64,000 nt of DNA from the NCBI RefSeq assembly GCF_037042905.1, contig NC_087263.1:11472001-11536000 (forward strand). Direction: 5' to 3'. The notes below the pieces were generated by a model. The model ran no database searches and was not told where the DNA came from. It saw only the letters and a list, made by a program, of their open reading frames with translations. Positions within the stretch are counted from its first letter, which is position 1, and each line of letters starts with the position of its first letter. This DNA comes from Lytechinus pictus. Taxonomy: Eukaryota. Positions 61,892 through 64,000 of the stretch are shown piece after piece. Both the position numbers and the translations under genes were made by a program.

Positions 61892-62896
61892 TTCATTTTT
61901 TTACTGGTCCAAACCTAAAATTTACTGGTCCCCCAAAATAAAGAAAAACATAAAAAGGCTGAGTTTATTTTGCTGTCTTTTATTGTTCTTATGCAAAATG
62001 TCATTAAAAAAAATTTTTTACTCTATATTATATTTTTCTTTCATGAGGACATAAACATAATACTACCTGGGTTATATTTAGATTACTGCCCCAGGGGAAA
62101 TGACAAATCCAGTACATGGCCTATGGGAAAGTCGTCCTTGCCCCTTAAATACCCAGTTGCCAATTTGAAATACAGTCTTCATCTCAATTTCAAAGCAGTC
62201 GTAACTTTCTTTGCTTGTCCGATTTCTTTAAAACTTTCACCATTCTGTTTTTTCTCCTTTCCAACACAACATTTTTATGACCAAGGCTGGATTCCCCTTT
62301 TATAATAACCAAACCTACAGACAGGCTTAAATGCTATAGATAATAAGTCATAGCTTTTGCTTTAGTTTATACTCTATGAAGTTCCTTGAATGCTAGTTGG
62401 TGTAAGTTATTCTTTGTATAGACAGGAATAACAGTCTTTTCGGGGGATTTATTCTACAATTTCTGACATTTTACTATCATCCCCATTGGAGCCAACATAG
62501 TTCAGCGGAACAACCAAAATACAGAGACTGAAGCTTTTGGTCTATTCTTTGTATAGCATTTCCTACAATTGTGTGTGAAAATCTGGTTTGATCACTCTTA
62601 CAATGTACATGTAGGCTAATTTTGTCATGTACATGTATCTTCTTGTCTTTTTTTCAATTTTTTTTTCTTGTTTATGTTTTTGTACTTGAGCATTGAGGTC
62701 TTGGCATGTAAAGGATGAATACCATTTCCACTCGGATTTTGTAATGAATATCTCTGTACTAGTGTTTAATATATCCATGTAAATTTTGTGCTCAATGGAA
62801 GTCTTTTTTTTGGAACTGTTATCGCACAATACATGTGCACAGACTCAGGCCATGTGCATCATCATGCTGCTCTAATGTTCCAAGCATCTCTTCTAT

Positions 62897-63355
62897 GGGG
62901 GGGGGGGGGTACTCAAACCTCAAAGTATATTTTGATGGGGGTGTGCCTCATGAAACTCTGAAATGGGGGTCTAAGGAACTGACTGGTCACAAGGGTAAAA
63001 TATGGGGTCTTGGGAACTAAATATATATACCGGGCGATGTGAGAAACGGGGTCTACAGAACGGGATCACAATACTGTATGTACATGTACGGTGCACACTA
63101 GCGCTGTGCATGTGGGGCTAGCGGTGCATGGAGCTGCTAGCGGAGGGAGTTGTGAAGCCGTGTGTGCTCGCGCTGGACAATTTTGGCAGCGCGAGGGAAC
63201 TGAGATGTTCCATAACAGAGGCGGAGCAGTTTCTGAATGGAACTTTTGTCATTCGGAGTATCTAGAGAACTGGAAATTAGGTCTTAAAAAGGGGGTCATC
63301 AAAGTGGCACGTCCCTGTACCACCAATATATGTGAGTGCCCCCTCCCCAGGGGGG
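62897..63355. mobile_element. Degenerate G-run-ended MITE
   Basis: GGGGGTACTCA.. / ..TGAGTGCCCCC ends. Confidence 0.45.
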
Positions 63356-64000
63356 GGGGGGGGCTCCCTGTGTCTGTTGGACATTACAGAAACTTCATTC
63401 ATTCATTGTAAATACCTTCATTAAGATGATCCAAAGCATTTATATTGCACATCAATGTTATACATGTACATGTAGCTACACTGGTCGGGCCCAACCGTAC
63501 AGAAGATTTGTGACCACCACTCAACATGAAAAACATTGCTTCCATACTAATTTCAAATGAAAAGTGTTTCAAAGGCAACTCCTTGCAAGGAGAATTTGCA
63601 CTCGCATTCATTTTCATCTTTATTTGCATAATTTTACATTAAAAATTCTTACTTTTTTATTTGATAGTTTATTTTTTTTTAAATTACTAATGACAATTGA
63701 CAGATTGTTATATTACATCGATTTTCCTTCACTTTTGGCTCTAAGACCACCAACTCGGCCTGAAAAAAAAACACTTTGTAATGCCTTGAAATAGCGACCA
63801 CCACTAATGGGTCTAGCTAGAACACTGTGTACCATATTTCTGTACTGTGTACCATATTTCTGTAAAAAAGAAACATTGCAGGTTTACCCAATTAAGCTAA
63901 TTACTACACATCTCTCCTTAAAATAGGTGAGCAGATAATAATAATCAGAGTACACTGTATTCTGCTGATTCCTAGTTAATGTTGGTGTTTGTAGAAGTGA

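Noticed and set aside
63825..63864. 19-20-bp direct duplication CTGTGTACCATATTTCTGTA
   Set aside because: Simple local slippage duplication with no associated structure.

Overview
AT-rich, repeat-dense eukaryotic genomic DNA from an invertebrate animal. A sea urchin or related deuterostome is my inference from the repeat style and is not proven. Two intact, divergently oriented spliced genes can be reconstructed with canonical GT-AG junctions and consistent phases. The first is CUEDC2 on the minus strand (7 coding exons, 28410->16504, 294 aa). The second is a DIOX_N/2OG-Fe(II) dioxygenase of the isopenicillin-N-synthase-like family on the plus strand (7 coding exons, 35479->47789, 322 aa). 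Most of the remainder is transposon-derived. It includes a 3.7-kb foldback element with ~1-kb inverted arms and an unusual 17-bp flanking direct repeat, and a non-autonomous AcademH-type element (TAG..CTA, 9-bp TSD) carrying a RecQ-helicase relic just upstream of the CUEDC2 coding region. It also holds four CR1/L2-group LINE remnants (one with an esterase ORF1), tRNA-derived SINEs, a Helentron/HINE-like element, many nested MITEs, an exact 4x609-bp tandem duplication between the two genes, and microsatellites. No CRISPR array, rRNA or convincing tRNA gene was found. Family assignments come from motif recognition by eye; no database search was run.
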